The translations under genes were made by a program, and so were the position numbers. 64,000 nucleotides of DNA from Toensbergia leucococca. Its lineage: Eukaryota. This document shows, one piece after another, positions 60,043 through 64,000 of this stretch. Every line of letters begins with the position of its first letter. Position 1 is the first letter of the stretch. The stretch lies in the NCBI GenBank assembly GCA_022813965.1, contig JALDZS010000014.1, positions 124,001 to 188,000 on the forward strand. The letters are read 5' to 3'. The notes beneath the pieces were generated by a model. The model did not search any database, had not been told where the DNA came from, and worked only from the letters and a program-made list of their open reading frames with translations.

Positions 60043-60479
60043 GTTTGCCGAGAGCTTGGGTGATTCGCAAAGTGAAGGATTCGTGGACTTGTCTTCTTGT
60101 TTCCTGAATCGTCGGTTCCAGGAAAAGGTTCGGGCGTTTCTAGAAGAGGAAAAAAAGAAGTTTTCGAGAGAGATCCAGCGCGCTTATATACCTGCCGTGA
60201 GAAGCTCGATCCTCCTGATGTTCACAAGAAATGCTCTGTCCGAGAATGAACAATGCCCTGTCGGAAAAATGAACAACGGCAGGATAGAAGAGGATGAACT
60301 GGGAACAATGGCATTGTCGGAAAAGACTGCATCAAGATAGAAAGAAAAAAAACGTGTGAACAACGACGAACAATATTACAGACACGTATGAGCACAAGAG
60401 CCTTCAATGATGCAATCATATCACTTTGGTACATGCTCAATGAGACTTGATGCACTATCAATGGCTCCAGCTCATGGAG

Positions 60480-61362
60480 TCAAGCAGCCAAAATATGGCA
60501 ACCCAGCATACCGCGACCACCCCAACCACGCCTCGGAGTAAGCTGTAATTGAAGCTCCTCTGTCGTTCTATCCTCAGCCGTTCTGACTACGTTTACAAGG
60601 ATGCATCGCTAATCATAGCATATTTTCAGCAAGGTACACGCTCATGTCAAGACCGGGAGAACTTACCCCTTCATTTCTTTGAACAGTCTCGGCTACCTTG
60701 CTAAGCTTTTCATGGTTAATCCAGTTCACGCTCCCGAACCTACGGATTTTATCCCCGATCTTCAAACCCGCGTCAGCCGCCGGACTGCCAGCTTCGACAT
60801 TGTTGACCTTGGCAAACGGAGCTTCGATGAGACCCTGATTGCTTGTATGATTGCTCCCGATCGGATTGTTACTTGACGATGGACTCGACGAGGGAATCGA
60901 TGCTGTAGCTTGAGCTGAGGCGTGGTAGGCATGTAATCCAGCCTCTATTCTGGACATAAGCCCCTTGTAGTCATTGCGAAGTCGTATAATGCGGGTTCTT
61001 GTAGTCCTTACTAGATAGCTGTTGGCAAACGCAAAGTCGGCCGATAGCTGAGGGGATTACGCACTCTGGGCAATGTCGAGATCGTCCCTAGGGTAGCCAT
61101 CGAAGGTTGTCAGGCTTGTGTTCATGTTGACGCCATGCTGAAGGAAGTCAGTGAGGACTGACGCAAAACACAAAACATCGCTAGCACATACTGAATCCAG
61201 AACACTGCCGAGAGCAACCAGCTCGCTCTCAACACGTTCTTTTTCTGAAATGAGATCCATCAACGATAACTTGTCATAGTCTTTATCCTTTGATGCAGAT
61301 TGACCCGTAGTGGGCCCAGAGGGCACGGATGGGTTATGTAAATCATCCATGGGAAGACCCAT
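60480..61362 (-). CDS. NAS2: 26S proteasome base assembly chaperone Nas2/p27 (PDZ), 4 exons
   Basis: MGLPMDDLHNPSVPSGP..LGSVLDS/HGVNMNTSLTTFDGYPRDDLDIAQ/..RTRIIRLRNDYKGLM..PFAKVNNVEAGSPAADAGLKIGDKI../..LTPRRGWGGRGMLGCHI. Confidence 0.92.
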
Positions 61363-61772
61363 TGCTCTAAGCGTGTGATGCTTTCCTGGTCTCGAGTTGT
61401 AGAGGTTGTCGAGAGGGATGCACTATGTCGTGTGTTTAGACCTATTCCACAAGCTCCAACCGTGCCATGTCGGCGAAGAAAGCGTTCATGACTAAGCATC
61501 AAGCGCTTGGACGTTATTGGTTCAGAAGGCCTAAAAGGTTCGGCTGTCATTTGGATTCAATTTGGAACTTCATCTCCATCCCACCGCAACCACAGTTACT
61601 CTATCTTTTTGTCTCCCATCGCCACAGAGTCCATAATTCGTAGGTGACCTTTACCAGTGCTCGAAATCCTTGCCGCCTCTGAGCTTCACTAAGTTGCTGA
61701 CGCATGAGCAAAGCGCTGAACGTTTCTTAGGTGCATTACCTCTCGCAAACACACATCTACCCCAAAACAACT

Positions 61773-62816
<1,044 letters not shown>

Positions 62817-63705
62817 ATGGCGGGTGGGCATTTAGGGATTCTTCAAATTGCCAGGAACTGAAGTGGAAACCAGGACGAAATTATCCGAACTGATACTGGC
62901 TACTATTGTGGCCTTTCCGTCATATTAGAAAGGAAGGGGTATGCTGTGAAATGGGGCCATTGTCGAGTTTTACTTTTGTATCTGGCAGCTTAGACCAATA
63001 TCTGTTACATCCCGTGTGTGTGATGGTGACGAAAAAAGCAGACTCACACATTTCTTCTGATCTGTCCTTCCTCTTTTGGGCGATTTAAGGCATGGAAGTG
63101 AATGAATTGGGTGGCGGGGGGAAGAGAATCTGAGCTGGACATTTCGAGGAGATATGGGCAAAGGGGACGAGAATGGGCTGGGGGTTTCTCCTTTTTGTTA
63201 TGTAGCTAGCTAGAATGGATATCGTATCCGCCAACTCGCTGCTTTCCCCAACCCCGCGTGCACCTTTTCGGCCTTGGAGTGTGATTGCGCAAGAGTCATT
63301 ATTTGCACTTCAATCCTTGATTCGTGCGGACATTTTCAACTTTTGGGGTATGGGAGCGTTGCTTCGATCCCGTTGACCTGGATACACCTCCTCTTCGTCC
63401 TTCATCTTCTTTATCTCTGGTGAAGAAAGCTATCATTCTAGTATGGGATTAGCTCATCAAGCCCATGCCACGTAGTCCATCTCCTCTCTTTCTCTTTCTC
63501 TTTCTTTTTCTTATTCTTTTTCTTTGTGCTTGATGTCTTCGAAAAAACCCGATCCATTTTTCATTTATTTTTCAACTCTCTTAAGGTAGGGAGGGAGTGT
63601 GGTCTTCCTTCTCCTTCTCCTTCTCTTTCTCCTCTTCTCACTTCCTTATCGTAGCTGTTTCCTTGCAAGGATTTTGGGGGGGCCAGGCTAGAGGAATGTG
63701 CGAGC

Positions 63706-63732
63706 GGGAATGGGAACGGGAACGGGAATGGA
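63706..63732. repeat. (GGGAAY)n hexamer repeat in pyrimidine/purine-rich intergenic DNA
   Basis: GGGAATGGGAACGGGAACGGGAATGG. Confidence 0.7.
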
Positions 63733-64000
63733 GGTGTGAGGGTTCGGCTCGCATATGTGGACGAAGTCATGGTTTCTGGGGGGTGTGGGAAGGATCCTTG
63801 CTTCTTTTTTTTCTCTCTTTTTTACTTGGTGTGTTTTGGTGTTTTGGTGAGAAATGGGAAGTGGGAAGGTGTTTCTTCAGGGAACCTTTATGGAATTTGT
63901 AAAACTTTTAGGCCAGGGTCAAAGGTAGCTACTGTTACTCTGCATGACCCCGAAGGAGAAAGAAGAAATCCGGGATGAGGTCGCGGTTATGACTGGACAA

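Noticed and set aside
59894..60340. 148-aa + strand ORF
   Set aside because: It overlaps the more protein-like Cys-rich minus-strand ORF and has no motif.

Overview
Gene-dense eukaryotic window from a filamentous ascomycete (Pezizomycotina). This rests on short GT..AG introns with CTRAC/CTAAC branch points and on Pezizomycotina-type gene families. A lichen-forming Lecanoromycete is a plausible but unproven guess. About 25 protein-coding genes could be reconstructed by hand across introns. Recognisable genes: a membrane DnaJ protein, RPA43, an AIF-like Rieske oxidoreductase, an arrestin, PET117, VMA10, TGL2, EFM3, a Zn2Cys6 factor, RPS24, PPIL4, UAP1, GIS2/CNBP, TFB6, RTC3, a RhoGEF, NAS2 and Ran/GSP1. 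No rRNA, tRNA, CRISPR array or intact transposon was seen. Most notable: (1) a probable fungal coilin (N-terminal coilin-like plus Tudor-like motifs); (2) a secreted non-catalytic protein with WSC, Ser/Thr, CBM21-like and 2x PAN/Apple-like modules; (3) a tandem pair of unknown paralogs sharing a core domain, Gly/Arg tails, an identical RPRRSGL C-terminus and conserved promoters; (4) a lipase whose catalytic motif needs a 10-nt and a 2-nt micro-exon; (5) a GC-AG intron; (6) head-to-head 16-bp minisatellite arrays; (7) recurrent C-rich to G-rich skew switch points. All homology calls are by-eye recognition from memory, not database searches.
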